From the NCBI GenBank assembly GCA_028534125.1, contig CM052817.1:101434001-101498000 (forward strand): a DNA stretch of 64,000 nt, written 5' to 3'. The notes under the pieces are model-generated. The model saw only the letters and a program-made list of their open reading frames with translations. It made no database searches and was not told the origin of the DNA. The number at the start of each line of letters is the position of its first letter. Position 1 is the stretch's first letter. Positions 1 through 13,124 of this stretch are shown one piece after another. This DNA is from Lama glama (taxonomy: Eukaryota). The position numbers and the translations under genes are program-made.

Positions 1-2887
1 AGATGTTCATTGGTGCCTTGAAAAGAAACATATTCCTGGAAATCTAGAATGCCACTTACATGCATAGCGCTGTGTACATTCTCAGGAAAGACCTGAGAAG
101 GTCCTAATCTCCTACCACTAGCTGACCTTGACAATCTGTGCAAGAAGGAAGTGAAGGCTAGAGCAGAGTTGTAAACTGACTAGCTGGGTATTCTTGAAAC
201 ATGCCTTAGCACATACAAACACACACACACACAACCTCTCACCAAAGACTTGGAGATTTAATCCAGGTGTTTAAGGTACTGTTCAATTATTAGCTGACAA
301 GTAAGCAAACTGACTACAGACTTCAGTAGCCACACATAATAAATATAGACTCTGCAGAATTAGTTCAGTAAATCATTAAATAAACAATAACTACAACAAG
401 TAGCAACAACACTAACCCTGGGAAGAATCTGATTTCCAGAATTGCAACATTATATTATTTTAAATGTTCAATTTTCAATAAAAAAACAATTACAAGACAT
501 ACAAAGAGACAAGAAAACGTGGCTCATGCATGATTTTGGACTTGCTAGACAGAGACTTTAAATCAGCTATTTTAAATATGTTGAAAGTGCTAAGGAAAAA
601 CATGTCTAAGAAACTAAAGGAAAGTCTGAGAATGATATCTCATGTAATAGAGAATATTAATAAAGAGATAGAAATTATTAAGAAGGAACCAAATAGAAAT
701 TCTGAAAACTATGATAACTGAAGGGAAAAATTCACTGGAGGGATTAACAGCAGTTTGAGCAGGCAAGAGAAAGAATCAGTAACTCAAGGATAGTTCAATT
801 GAGTTAATCCAGTCTGAGGAACAGAAATCAAAAAGAGTGAAGAAACATTCACAGTGTCTCAGAGACCTATGGTATGGCATCAACAGTGTCACATACTCAT
901 AATGGAAATCACAGAAGTTGAGAAGAGAGAAAGAGGGCAAAAGAATAAGGGCTGAAAACATCCCAAATTCGATGAAGAACTTTACACATTCAAAAAGCTT
1001 AACAAACTCCATTTAGGACAGCCTCAAAGAGATCTACACAGAGACGCATCATAATCAAACTGTCAAAAGATAAACAGAATATTGAAAGCAGCAAGAAACA
1101 ACTCATCATATAGAAGGGCTCTTCAGTCAGATTAACAACTTGATTTTTATTAGAAGCCTGTAGAGGCCAGAAACATTGGAATGACATATTCAAAGTGCTG
1201 AAAGAAAAAACTGTCAACCAAGAATTCTGTATCTAGAAATATTTTCCTTAAAAACTGAAGGACAAAGTAAGATATTCCCAGATAAATAACTGAAAGAGTT
1301 TGTCACTAGTAGACCTACCTTTTAAAAAAAAAAAAAAGGAAGTTCTTCTCATTGAAGTGAAAGGACACTAGACAGTAACTTGATCAACATGAAGAAATAA
1401 AGCAAACTAGATTTACACAAGTAAATCTAAAGCACAGCACATGTGTATTTTTGTTCCTATCTTGTGTTCTCTTATCTGATTTGAAATACAGCTCCATAAA
1501 GCGATAATGATAAACATGTTGGGCACACAATGTATATAGTATAATTTGTGACAATAACAGTATAAAACTGAGGAGGAGAATGGAGCTATGTAGGAGGAAA
1601 ATTTTTGTATACTCTTGAAATTAATTTGGTATTCTAATTAGAGTGTTATAAAATAAGATGTTAATAGTAGTCCCCAGGGCAACCACTAGAAAATTACCCA
1701 AAAATATTTGGTAAAAGAAATTAGAGAATTAAAATGATATGCTAAAAATATTCATTTAACATAAAATAAAGCAATTGTGGAGGAATTAAGAAGCAAAAAT
1801 TCATATGACATATAGAAAACACAGCAAATGGCAGATGTAAATCCTACTTTATCAGTAATTACATTAAATTTAAATGGATTAAAGTCCAATTAGTAGGCAG
1901 GGATTGACAGAATAGATTAAAAATACATAAGCTAACTACATACTTTACAGAAGACTCACATTTGACTCAAAGACACAAATATGGTGAAAGTAAAGGCTGG
2001 AAAAAGATATTTCGTGAAAACAATAACCAAAGGTGAGCTAGAGTGACTAAACCAGTACTAAAGAAAATAGACTAAGAGAAAAATTGTTACTATAGACAAA
2101 GAAGTACAGTTTATAAATATAATGTTAGAGGTCAACTCTTCAGGAAGATATGACAATTATAAACATATATACACTTAACAATAGAGAACCAAAATATGTA
2201 AAATAAAAACCAAAAGAACTGAAGGGATAGACAGTTCAACAATAATTGTTTAAAATTTCAGTAATCCATTTTGAATAAACAGTGGAGCAATGAGATGGAA
2301 CATAAGCAAGGAATTAGAGCACTTAATGCTATAAACCAACTGAATCTAACACGCATCTATAGAACACTTCACTCAACAATAGCAGAAAACACATTCTTCT
2401 CAAGTACACATGAAATATTCAAGAATAGACCATATGTTAAGCCTAAGCAAGTCTCAGTAAATGGATTGATAATACAAAGTATATTTTCTGATGACAATGG
2501 AATATTATAAGGTAAATAACAGGAGGAAATGTGGGAAATCCACAAATATGTTGAAATTAATCAACACTCCTGAAAAAGGATGGCTCAAAGAAAATCATAA
2601 TGGAAATTAGGAAATACTGTGAAATAGTGAAGATTAAAACGTATGAAAACTTACTGGATGCATGAAGGCATTGTTCAATGAGAAATTTATTAACATTTTA
2701 ATGCCTGTGTTAAAAAAATAGAGAAAGCTCTCAAATAAATAACCTAGACTTCCACCTTAAGAAACTAGAAAGAGAAGAGCAAACTAAACCCAAGGCAAGT
2801 ATAAGGAAGAAACAAATGACTAGAACAGAAATAAGAGAAATAGAGAAGAAACAGGAGAAAATCAATGAAACCAAAAGTTGGTTCTTT

Positions 2888-3274
2888 TTTTTTTTCCAGT
2901 TTTCAGTTTTATTAAGTAGAATTGTTATAATTTGACTGCACATATACAATATATTACATGTAAATACATATATACAATATACTGCACATTTTTTTAGTTT
3001 GCATATATGTACTGATCATTGTTTCTAAGAACAGTTTAGACCTTTAGCTTTTTAAACTTACATAGTTATCAAAGGAGCAAAGCCAATCACAAAATAAGAA
3101 TCAACAGAATGCCGTAATCCAGTTGTAAAGGACAGTCATATGTGCTTACACATATTCAAGAAATCCATCATCTAAGTTATAAATAATAGTTCATTTATTT
3201 GTTTGTTTTTAAGATTCCACATACGAATGATATAATAGGGCATTTTTCTTTCTCTTTCTGGCTCATTTAGAATG
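2888..3274 (-). mobile_element. Chimeric L1 3'-UTR / foreign-tail retroelement, copy 1
   Basis: Poly(T) at 2885-2895, TTTATT at 2908-2913, ~290-nt tail, then L1 3' UTR (aagattccacata..gaatgac); exact 18-bp TSD ACCAAAAGTTGGTTCTTT at 2870-2887 and 3275-3292. Confidence 0.88.
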
Positions 3275-4868
3275 ACCAAAAGTTGGTTCTTTAAGCAGAT
3301 CAAAAAAATTGATCTTTAGCTAGACTGATCAAGAAAAAAGGAAGATTCAGATTACTAAGATCAGGAATGAAAGAGAAGGATCATTATTGACCTAACAGAT
3401 AGAAAAATGATCATAAAGGAATACTATGAGCAGTTAGTTGTACGTCAATAAATTTGATAAGCTATATGAAATGAATAAATTTCTAGAAACATACAAACTA
3501 CCAAAACTATCTCAGGCATAAATGAACTATCTAAATAGATATATAACATGTTAAGAGATTGAGTTAGAAATTTAAAAACTTCTTACAGTGAAAAGCCAAG
3601 CCTACACTGGTGAATTCTACCCATTTAAAGAAATAACTTCTCAATGAAAAAAAAAAAGAAAGGAGAAAACACTTCCTAACACATTTTTTGAAGTCAGTAT
3701 TACCCTGATACCAGAACCAAAGATGGCGTAAGAAAAGAAAACTATAGTTAAGTATTGCTTATAAATGCAGATGTAAGAATTCTACAAATTGCTACACAAT
3801 ACTAGCAAATCAAATCCAGCAGTATGTAAAAAGGATTATACACCATGATTAAATGATATTTATCTCAGGGATGCAAACATTGTTTCAACATAGACAAAAA
3901 TCAGCCAATCTAATCAATGGATTTACAGAACAGAGGTGGGGAGAAACCCCAGATTGTCTTAATAGACAAAAATTTTTTGATAAAGTCCAACACCCTTTTA
4001 TTATAAAAACACTCAACAAACTAGGAATAGAAGTGAACTTTCTCAATCTAATAAAAGAGTATCTGGGGAAAAAAAATGCACAGCTAACATGGTAAAAGGC
4101 TGTATGCTTTCCCCAAGGATGTCCACTGTCACCACATCTATTCAACATTGTACTGGAAGTTCAAGCCAGGGCAGTTAGGCAAGAAAGAAATAAAAAGAAT
4201 CCATACTGAAAAGAAAAAAGTAAAACCACCTCTGTTTGCATTTGACCTGATCTTAGATACATAGCCCTAAACAATCCACAAAACAACAACAAAGTACAAA
4301 TATTAGACCTAATAAATGAGGTCAGCAGATTGCAAGCTCAATCCATATGCAAAAATCACTTGTACAGTATGTAGTATCAATGAACAGTCTGAAAATGAAG
4401 GGAAAAAATCTATCAAAATGAATAAATACTTGTAATAAAAGTAATCAAAGAAGTACAAGATTTGTACTGAAAGCTGCAAAACACTGAATGAAATTAAAGA
4501 CTTATCTAGATAGAAAAGTATCCTGAGTTCATAAATTGAAAGACTTAACTAATGTTAAGGTGGAAATATTCCCCAAATTGATCTATAGATTAAATGTAAA
4601 ACCTATTGAAATTCTAATTGCTTTTTTGGCAGAAACTGATGCTAATCCTAAAATTCATATGAAATTGCAAGGGACCCATAACAGCCAAAAGAATCTTGGG
4701 GGAAAAAAGAGTAGGAAGACTCAAATTACCCAATTTTAAAACTTACTACAAGTTTAGAATAGTCAAGGCAATGTGGTACAGGTATAAGAACAGACATATA
4801 GGTTAATGGAATAGACTTGAGAGTCCAGAAGCAAGGTTTTGAACCAAAGTGCCAAGACCATCAATCAG

Positions 4869-5086
4869 TACTCTTTTTATTTCTTTAATGGAGGTACTAG
4901 GGATGAACCAAGGACCTCAATCGTATTCAGCATACACTCTACCACTGAGCTACTACTCTCCCCTATTTATTTTTTAAATTATTATTTTCTTTTTCATTTA
5001 TTTTTAATGGGGATACTGGGGATTGAACCCAGGACGTCATGCATGCTAAGCAAGTGCTCTACCACTGAACTATACCCCCACTCCTG
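4869..5086 (-). mobile_element. Two head-to-tail tRNA-Ala-derived SINEs (Vic-1-like) inside one TSD
   Basis: Reverse-complement tRNA-like heads at ~4889-4963 and ~5008-5083, each with a T-rich tail; TSD AGAC(C/T)ATCAATCAG at 4855-4868 and 5087-5100. Confidence 0.85.
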
Positions 5087-6716
5087 AGACTATCAATCAG
5101 GACAGAATAGTGTTTTCAGCTAATGGTGCTGGGCGCAACTGGTTATCCACATGCAAATGAATCAGTCTGACCTCCCACCTCACGCTATATATGAAAGTTA
5201 ACTCAAGAGGATCAAAGACCTAAATGTAAGAGCTAAAACTATAAAACTCTCAGAAGAAAACATAGATGTGTATCTCTGTATCCTTGGTTTAGGCAACAAT
5301 TTCTTGGATATGACATCAAAAGCTTGAGCAACCAACAAAAAAGTAGATACATTTGACTTCATCAAAATTAACAACTTTGTATGTCAAAGTACATTGTCAG
5401 GAAAGTGAAAAGAAAACCCACAGAATGAGAGAAAATAGTTGCAAATCCTGTGTATGACAAGTGTCCAATATCCAAACCATATATTTTTAAAAATTCTCAT
5501 GACTCAACAATTTAAAAAATGTAAGTATAGGCAAAGGATTTGAATAGACATTTTTCCAAGGAAAATAAATGGCCAATAAGCATATGGAAAGATGCTCAAC
5601 ATCATCATTAGGGAAATGTAATTTATTTATTCCCCAAAATGTTGTACATATAGTTACCATTTGAACCAGCAATTCCACTCCTAGGTATATACCCAAAAGA
5701 ATTGAAAACATGTTCACACAAAAATTATTAAATTGTTCATATTAGTAATAACAGCCCATGTCCATCAGCTGATGAGTGACTAAATGAATTGTGGTATAGC
5801 CATTCAATGAAATATTATTTAGCAACAAAAAGGAATGAAGTATTGATACATGCTACAGTTGATAAACCTTGAAAACTTTGTGCTAAGTGAAAAGAAGCCA
5901 GACATAAATGATTTAATTTATATGAAATGTCCAGAATAAGGAAATTCATAAAAGCAAAGTAGGTAAATGGTCTTCAGGGGCTGGGGGAAGGGGGAATGTG
6001 GACTGACTCCTAATGGGTGTAGGATTTCCTTTCGGGTGATGAAAATTTTCTGGAATTAGGTAATGGTAATGGTTGTACAAACTTGTAAATATACAAAAAC
6101 CTACTGAATTTTCACTTGAATATGGTGATTTCTGTGATATATAAATTTCAATAAGTAAATAACTACTATGGTGATAAATAATATTTGTGCCTTGTTGATC
6201 ATGGCATTGTATGCTGTATAGATTAACTTGAAAAACATGATATAGATACATTTAATAGCAGGATGTATAATTAAATTTTTAAAGTAAATATTTCCTTCTA
6301 CAGGGCTACTGTATGACCATTAAAATTTTATTGTCAGGTTTATTGTGGTCTAAAATATACATAAACTAAAATGCTTATCATTAAACACATTATTTTATCC
6401 TTTCTTGGTGTTGTAAATTGAGAAACATCTCAGTTAAACATATGTTGTCTTTAAAGGAGCAAGTGCAGTAGCAATGGACATTTAGGAAAGGGAAATTGTT
6501 CACGTTGACTTTCTTTTCATGACGAATATGACTGCAGCTATCTAAAATTTCCCTGGGAAGCTGAGCAGGTTTGTGAGATACAGTATCACTATTTGAGCTT
6601 TTTTCCCAAAGCCATTTTGTATGTATAACCTTTGTTTATATATTTTTTAAAAAGAATCTATACATAGATGAAGATTATTTTGTGTGTGCGTGGGTATATA
6701 TATATTTTTTTTTCAG

Positions 6717-6761
6717 GTCAAGCAAATATACTGGCTAAAGAAGCTGCTAACAGATGGACTG
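6717..6761 (+). CDS. MND1: MND1 (meiotic nuclear division protein 1) penultimate coding exon, 45 bp, phase 1 to phase 1
   Basis: tttcag acceptor, gtatgt donor; translates (R)QANILAKEAANRWT(D), matching recalled mammalian MND1 RQANKVAKEAANRWTD. Confidence 0.95.
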
Positions 6762-7115
6762 GTATGTATCACAGGGCACTGGTAAACTGGTCAGACTCTT
6801 CCACACTTACTATGATATGAAGTGTAGAAGCTATTGTGCCTAGTTTTGTTCAAGAAAAGACATTTCTGGAAATGTATGTATTAATCAAGTTTTTATATAT
6901 TAACTCACTTTAGTAACTTAAGGTTTTTTTTCTTTAATCTTATTATGAGTCATTTTGTAAATTTAAGACATTTTTTAAAACCAATGATTTTGTCCAGTTT
7001 AAGTTTTGTGTAACTTTTCCCAGATAAATGGCTTGGGCTGATCCCTTAACCTTCGTGTATATTAATACAAGATACAAATTCAAGAGTGTATCCTAAAGAT
7101 TGGTCTTCTTGCTTA

Positions 7116-7320
7116 TAATAAGCCAACATTTGTTGAGGGCTGACTGTAAGCCAGGCATCGTAAAGTGTGTCCATGGTGTGTTCTCATTTTATCCCCACAA
7201 CAGTCTTGTGAGGTGGATAGGATTATCATCCCTAATTTTAGAGATGAAACTGAGGCCACTAGGAGCCCACAGTCACACAGGTGCTGGGCAGTGGGACAGG
7301 GATTCAATTTCACCGTCCAA
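7116..7320 (-). mobile_element. MIR SINE
   Basis: MIR core in reverse: attatcatccctaattttagagatgaaactgaggc. Confidence 0.75.
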
Positions 7321-8123
7321 GCTCTTGCCCAGTGCATGATATGCTCCTCTCTGTGTACCTGCTTTCATGTCAACGCCTCTTTGATCCACTTACCAATAGA
7401 TATACCCTCTGGTCTATGTCAGGATATTTTAAGAAATGGGAATTAATAAGGCTTTATCTATGTGTCTTAAAGTTTAGAAGAAAGTTAATAAATAATAACT
7501 GTAGAGAATTATATACAAGCATGATTATGACTGTTAAAACCTGTCTGGAAGTTACACTGGTGTTTTTCCAGTATTTAATTATAAGATAGTGGTAATTGGA
7601 CTTTTCCACCTGGTAAGTCTTTAGTGCCCTCACACGTGTTACTCATCTTTGTGTTTCTGTGGGAGAGCGTGGGTAAGATTACATCGACAAAGAGAGGCAC
7701 AAAGCTTGAGGTGGCTGCCTGAAGTCAAAGGTGACTAGTCACTGGAGGAACAGGGATTCGAGCCAGGTTTCCCTGATTCCATGTCCAGGCCTCTGTGTTT
7801 CACAGAAAGCTTAAGAATCATTTTTCCTTGTCTGTTTTAGAATTAGGTAGACTGATAAAATCAATGTAACTGGCCTTTGGTTCCTATACAGTTACAATCT
7901 TATTTATTACAAAGCTATTTCCTACATAATGTAGTGCTTTAGTGATAGGAGCAGAGGAGGGTAAAAGCAGCAAACTTAACATTGAACAAAAGAAGATAGT
8001 GAAACGTGTGTCCCGTAAAATGTGAGTAAATAATAAATACAGTGATGTATATAGGTTTGAGTAATACAAAATTTGAGTGAGAAAAGTGACAAGTGAATTT
8101 TTAGGTTAAAAATAAGACAAGAG

Positions 8124-8213
8124 GAAGTAGTGAGAGTATAGCTCAGTGGTGCTTAGCATGCACGAGGTCCTGGGTTCAATCCCGAGTCCCTCCAGTAAAA
8201 AACAAAACAAAGA
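8124..8213 (+). mobile_element. tRNA-Ala-derived SINE (Vic-1-like), short form with internal deletion
   Basis: tatagctcagtggt-gcttagcatgcacgaggtcctgggttcaatccc; TSD AAGACAAGAG at 8114-8123 and 8214-8223. Confidence 0.85.
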
Positions 8214-8294
8214 AAGACAAGAGTCACAAAGTGATTTCCCCCAATGAACAAGGCAGCTAAGCAAACAGTAGGAACCGGCAGCCTGTGTAGATGG

Positions 8295-8480
8295 TGGGAG
8301 GAGCTTGGCTTTGAACAGAATCCAGGTTGTGCTCCTTATTTGCTACGTGACTTACTGAACTTCTCTGAGCCTGCTTCCTCATCTGTTCAGTGTGGATAAT
8401 ATCTACCTCACATTTTGGGAGGATTAAATAAGATGGTTTGTAAGCCCTTGAGCACACCATTAGACACAGATAAACAAATA
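8295..8480 (+). mobile_element. MIR SINE
   Basis: ttctctgagcctgcttcctcatctgttcagtgtggataata..gaggattaaataag. Confidence 0.7.
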
Positions 8481-8682
8481 TTCCCCTTTTCCCTTTCTCT
8501 TCAAAAAAATCATTTCATGTTTTCCAGTTGGTCATAAACTTCAAAAATTATAATTTAAAAAATGTGAACAACTTTTTTCCCCTTGTGTTATTAGCTGAGA
8601 AAGAACCTGAATCTTTTTAAATCATGTAGGAAGGATATTTTTAGGACAGCAGAAACAGCTAAGAACCATCTTTCCATTTGAG

Positions 8683-8826
8683 GAGGGAGGGTATAGCTCA
8701 AGTGGTAGAGCATGTGCTTAGCATGCACGAGGTCCTGGGTTCAATCCCCCGTACCTCCTCTAAAAATAAATCAATAAATAAACCTAATTACCTCCCTCCC
8801 TCTCAAAAAAAAAAACTTAAAAAAAT
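8683..8826 (+). mobile_element. tRNA-Ala-derived SINE (Vic-1-like), long form
   Basis: A box TAGCTCAAGTGG, B box GGTTCAATCCC, then A-rich linker, AAACCTAATTACCTCCC and poly(A). Confidence 0.9.
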
Positions 8827-10324
8827 TTTTGGGGGTTTACAGCTTGCTTACTCCTTCTAACATAAAAGTGTTATGCAAGAATCATGTAGTTAAAACAAAT
8901 TACACCTCAGAATGCCTCTTCTTAAAACAACAAAGAGGAAGCATCAATAATACTTAAAACTAAAGATTGTTATGTAATTATTAGTTAAGATTTGGTTTCT
9001 TTATACCGAAAAGCTCCCTAAAATATATTCTGAATCAAGCATATTAACTGTTTAGTAATTCAGTATTTCAGTTTTATAGAAAGAGAAATTACCTAAGGGT
9101 ATAACTAGAAATATCACATCTAAATGTTTTATGACATTAAATAACTTTAAATGTGATTTATCAAATTACATAAAACCTTGCCTAATGACTAAGACAGTGG
9201 AGTTTTTACGACTGTGTGAGAGGCATCTTAACGAACGAGGAGGGATAGATGTGTGATCCTGATGTAGACTCATGAGTGTGCTACTGCCCATCCGATTCCT
9301 ATATATATATGTATGCGTGTGTGTGTATATAGCTTGGGTATGATGTCATATAAATTAAGACAAATTCTACCAGTCTTCAGGTTGTTTCTTTAAAAACAAA
9401 AAAAGAACCTATTTTTTATCCATTTGCAAACATTTCCACATAATAGAAAAATTAATTGACAGGGATGAACTGTCAAGATTTTGGGCAACATTGTCTTGAA
9501 AGCAGACATCCAGTGGCCCAAGGACATATTTAATCAGAGTCTTTTTGAATTGGTCCATTGAGCATTGTGTAGAGAAGCTTTTTATTTGTCTGTTCTTCAT
9601 CTTTGAAGATTTATAATAAAATGTTTTCCTGCCCTCATATAAACCAGGAACTTCTTCCTGCAAAGCCTCTAGCCTTGCTCTGGTGCCTTGTTTTCTTCTC
9701 TCCTGATCCGGTTTGAAGTCCATTCCTCCAAGCTTCCTAGAGTGTTGCATGTGTCCTCTTATTTCCTGGAAATCCTTCTGTATTCTTGAGCCTATTCTGG
9801 AAGCTGTACACATAACCCTTGATGTTTTCTCTCTAACAGACATATGACTTTGGAATTGTTTAGAAATAAATTGATTTTTCTCTCTACTCTTGTGTCAGCT
9901 TGAAGGCATAGGCTCTTTATGTTCTGGAATTCCTGTAACACACTTAATACTTGTCTTATGTAGCAGTGGGCTCTCTATAAGTATTTGCTTCTGATTGTCA
10001 AGAATGCACAGGTTGTGCAGACACTAATAAAACTACACAGGTCGTTCTACAGTACCTCGCGCTATTAGTGTTCTCGCTTAGGGTCTTGTGAAAAGTAACG
10101 ATTTAGTTTAGACTGTTACACGGATTTATTTTAGTGTCTGTTATTCCATAACACATTAATTAAAAGAAATGAGGATATTTTGTTAACATTATTCTACTTG
10201 ATATAGTAGTATTCACCTTAGCAGTGAACTTCATTCCTAACATTTAGTTATCATTATCTGATAGGTGGAATTAAACTTTCTTTTAGAAAGTTTTTTTAAA
10301 TGTTTTAAAAAGTGATCAAACTAC

Positions 10325-10724
10325 ATATATTAATTTCCTAAGAAATCATAACATTATACTTCAGACTAGGTGGCTCAAACAACAGAAATTAATTTTCTCA
10401 CAGTTCTGGAGGCTGGAAGTCCAAGATCAAGGTGTAAGCAGGCTTGGTTTCTTCTGAGGCCTCTCTCCTTGGCTTGTAAGTGGTCACCGTCTCCTTGTGT
10501 CCTGACAGAGTCTTCTCTCTGCCTGCCCCCGGTGTCTCAGGGTGTCCACATTTCCTCTTCTTACAGAGACACCAGTCAGATTGGATTAGGACCCTTCCTA
10601 ATAGGTTCGTTTTCACTAAATCACCTCTTTGAAGACCCAATTTCGAAATATAGTCACATTCTGAGGTAGTGGACTTAGGACTGCAACATACGATCAGGGG
10701 AGGTGACGCGATTCAGCCAATAAC
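10325..10724 (-). mobile_element. MaLR solo LTR (MLT1A/B-like)
   Basis: Typical MLT1 strings ctcacagttctggaggctggaagtccaagatcaaggtg and gtcacattctgaggta; ends ..ccaataaca. Confidence 0.8.
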
Positions 10725-11651
10725 ACTCCAGAAGAACCTGTTTTAACCCTTCATTCATCTCAACTAACACAGTGCTCAGCGTTTGATGGAATACTCTGAA
10801 CCAGAAAACTGTATACCATTATTTTTCTCTATAATAATATTCATTATGAAGATGGTGAATGTACATTAAAGAGAACGTGTAAAATTAAAGAAAGCTCACC
10901 GTCATTCCCGTCCCCTGGGTGCAGCCGCTGTGAGCACGTTGGCACTGCCTCGTGTCCCTCACTGCCTGCACGTAGTCACCCTTCCAGGGGGTTAGACATT
11001 CAGAGTGCTTCTATTTTTCCCTTTTGTTACACTGGGGTGAAGATTTGATCATAAATCTTTGTACACATTCTGTTTCATTTCCTTGGGATAAATCCCTTTA
11101 GGTAGATAAAACACTTTTTTCAGTGGCAAATGCAGTTTAAATTCCCCCCAGAGGACACGGAGGACACATCTGCTCCTCTCTTAGTCTTAAGAGAGGAGAA
11201 CCCCTTCCCTCTTCCTCACCCCTTCGCCCTCCCACTGGCCTGACTGGGAGCCATTACTCTCAGTGGGGGAGGGAGGGGGTCTGGCCAGAATGCGTTCCTT
11301 TAGGGACCGGAGCAGCTCTGATCCCTGAGGTAAGAGGCCTGCCTCTGCTGCAGAAATGTGGAGGAGGCGCCACTAACTTCTCCCCGTCTTTGGATTATTC
11401 TTTAAGTCAGCTAGCTATTCTTTAGCGGCAACTGATTCACTGAATTTTTAAATACAAGATCCATTTATTCAAAACACTCATTAAATATTTTCTTTCTTCT
11501 GAAATTAATTGCCATTACTCTTGAAAATACAGAAATCTCCTTATTTTGATACTTCTAGAAGTAAAATAAAAAAAAAACCTGTAGAATATATTTGAAATGT
11601 TTTATGATTATGTTTTTGATTCTCAAAAGTGTTTCTCCATTTTCTTTATAG

Positions 11652-11758
11652 ATAACATATTTGCAATAAAATCTTGGGCCAAAAGAAAATTTGGGTTCGA
11701 AGAAAATAAAATTGATAAAAATTTTGGAATTCCAGAAGACTTTGACTACATAGACTGA
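11652..11758 (+). CDS. MND1: MND1 terminal coding exon
   Basis: tttatag acceptor; (D)[34 protein letters not shown] then TGA at 11756-11758; phase matches the upstream exon. Confidence 0.97.
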
Positions 11759-11876
11759 ACTACTCAGTGTCGGTGGAGGATCTATGTACTTGTGAATATG
11801 TAACGTTTTTGTTACCCAGCTAAATGTACTGAATTATCATTTACCTGTAACTGTGTTTTTCATTTTATTAATTTTA

Positions 11877-11882
11877 AATAAA
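11877..11882 (+). terminator. MND1: Probable MND1 polyadenylation signal (short ~140-nt 3' UTR)
   Basis: First AATAAA after the stop codon, U-rich upstream and GU/U-rich downstream (gtgtagatgttttg). Confidence 0.65.
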
Positions 11883-13124
11883 GTATAAAGTGTAGATGTT
11901 TTGCAGTCTTTGATCAGTTAAAAACAGGATGAGAGCCTCAGTGCTCATCAGAGTAGGAGAATGCATAGTAAAGCTGTCCACCTGTTGGGCTTACCAGTCA
12001 TTTTTTTAGAGATCACAGCCATCATGACATGATAGCATTTTTTTATTTTCATTCAAACATTAAATATTAAGAACTAAGGGTACCTTTGAAGGCTCTATTA
12101 TACACATACATGCTAGGAAATAACTTCAAAAACCCTAATTGCTGCTTTACTATTTCTCAGTATTTAGTGGAAAATGTGTGTGAGTGATTCTCAACATACT
12201 GCATCATATTTACAAATTTTCCACAGAAAAAAATACAGAAAGTTGGTATTCTTCAAATTTAGAGTTAGATAGAATTCCTCAGATGTGAAAACTACTTTCT
12301 GTTGAATGTGTGATGCTTTTCTATTGTAAAGAGCAAGCATTTTGTCCTGATTTATGTACTTTTTATAAGATGATTTAGTGGTGTCAGTATAGCACACATC
12401 ACCAGCTAGAGTTCAGGAATTTTTTTTCAACTGCCTAAAAAAGAGTAGGTTAAAAATAATGTATGTCTCGTGTGTCTTTTTCTAGTTCAGCCTATGCGTT
12501 TAGAATATTTGCAGGCACTCCAAGACAAACGTAAAACAAAAATCAAAAGGGCGTAATGCCCTTTACACACATGCCTTAATTTTTTTTTATATTGTCCAGT
12601 TTTGATATTCTTTTAAGTAACTTGAATGAGGTACTCCATGTGTCTGAAATGACCCAGATGGCATCCAGGCCATTTGTTAGTGAATCTGGCCTTTGTATTG
12701 CATGGGGTTGCTCCGGGCCTACTTCCTGGATGTGGGCGGGAACTTATTGGTCCAACTTTGTTTGTTCTTGAGGCCAATTTATGTTGCCTTAAGGCAACAG
12801 CTCTTCTCAGGAGAAAGTATTTGGTGTTAAGAGACAAAGGACAAAACATAAAAATAACCCATCGTAAGCCTTTCCCTAATACACTAATTGTGGGAATTCC
12901 AAAATTTCTCAGACCCAGTGTGCTATTTATTAGAAAAGATGCTTCCTTGAGAGAAGGTATGTGTGTTCTAAAAGGAAGCCATTTCTAGTGATCCCTAAAA
13001 GATTCTGTTTTATAAATATTCAGGCAGTGTCAAAAAGTTTTTTTGAATATTTTAGAGGCTAGCAAGAGAATGATTAAGTCTGTTCGTGAGTAGGCCAGAG
13101 GTTGTGGTACCCTCCTAAGCCAAA

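Larger units (their letters stand above)
40..6165 (+). mobile_element. Near full-length, ancient, decayed LINE-1 (L1M/L1MB-like 3' end) in an MND1 intron; ORF1 remnant ~480-1400, ORF2 remnant ~1820-5700, 3' UTR to ~6165
   Basis: Frame fragments match L1 ORF1 (DFKSAILNMLK..KKLKE) and ORF2 (FDKVQHPFIIKTLNKLGIE, IFPKLIYRLN..PI.I); many stops and frameshifts; old-L1-type 3' UTR at 5720-6165; interrupted by younger insertions at 2888-3274 and 4869-5086. Confidence 0.9.

Noticed and set aside
2888..3190. Three independent processed pseudogenes of one gene
   Set aside because: No coding sequence, and all copies share the same L1 junction, which fits a single chimeric master element better.
8688..8760. 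tRNA-Ala(AGC)-like cloverleaf (and similar heads elsewhere)
   Set aside because: Followed by SINE linker and poly(A), most copies have TSDs, and the copies are diverged; these are SINE heads, not tRNA genes.
11665..11710. AATAAA hexamers at 11665-11670 and 11705-11710 inside the last MND1 coding exon
   Set aside because: Explained by the codons for A-I-K and N-K; the post-stop AATAAA at 11877 has better context.
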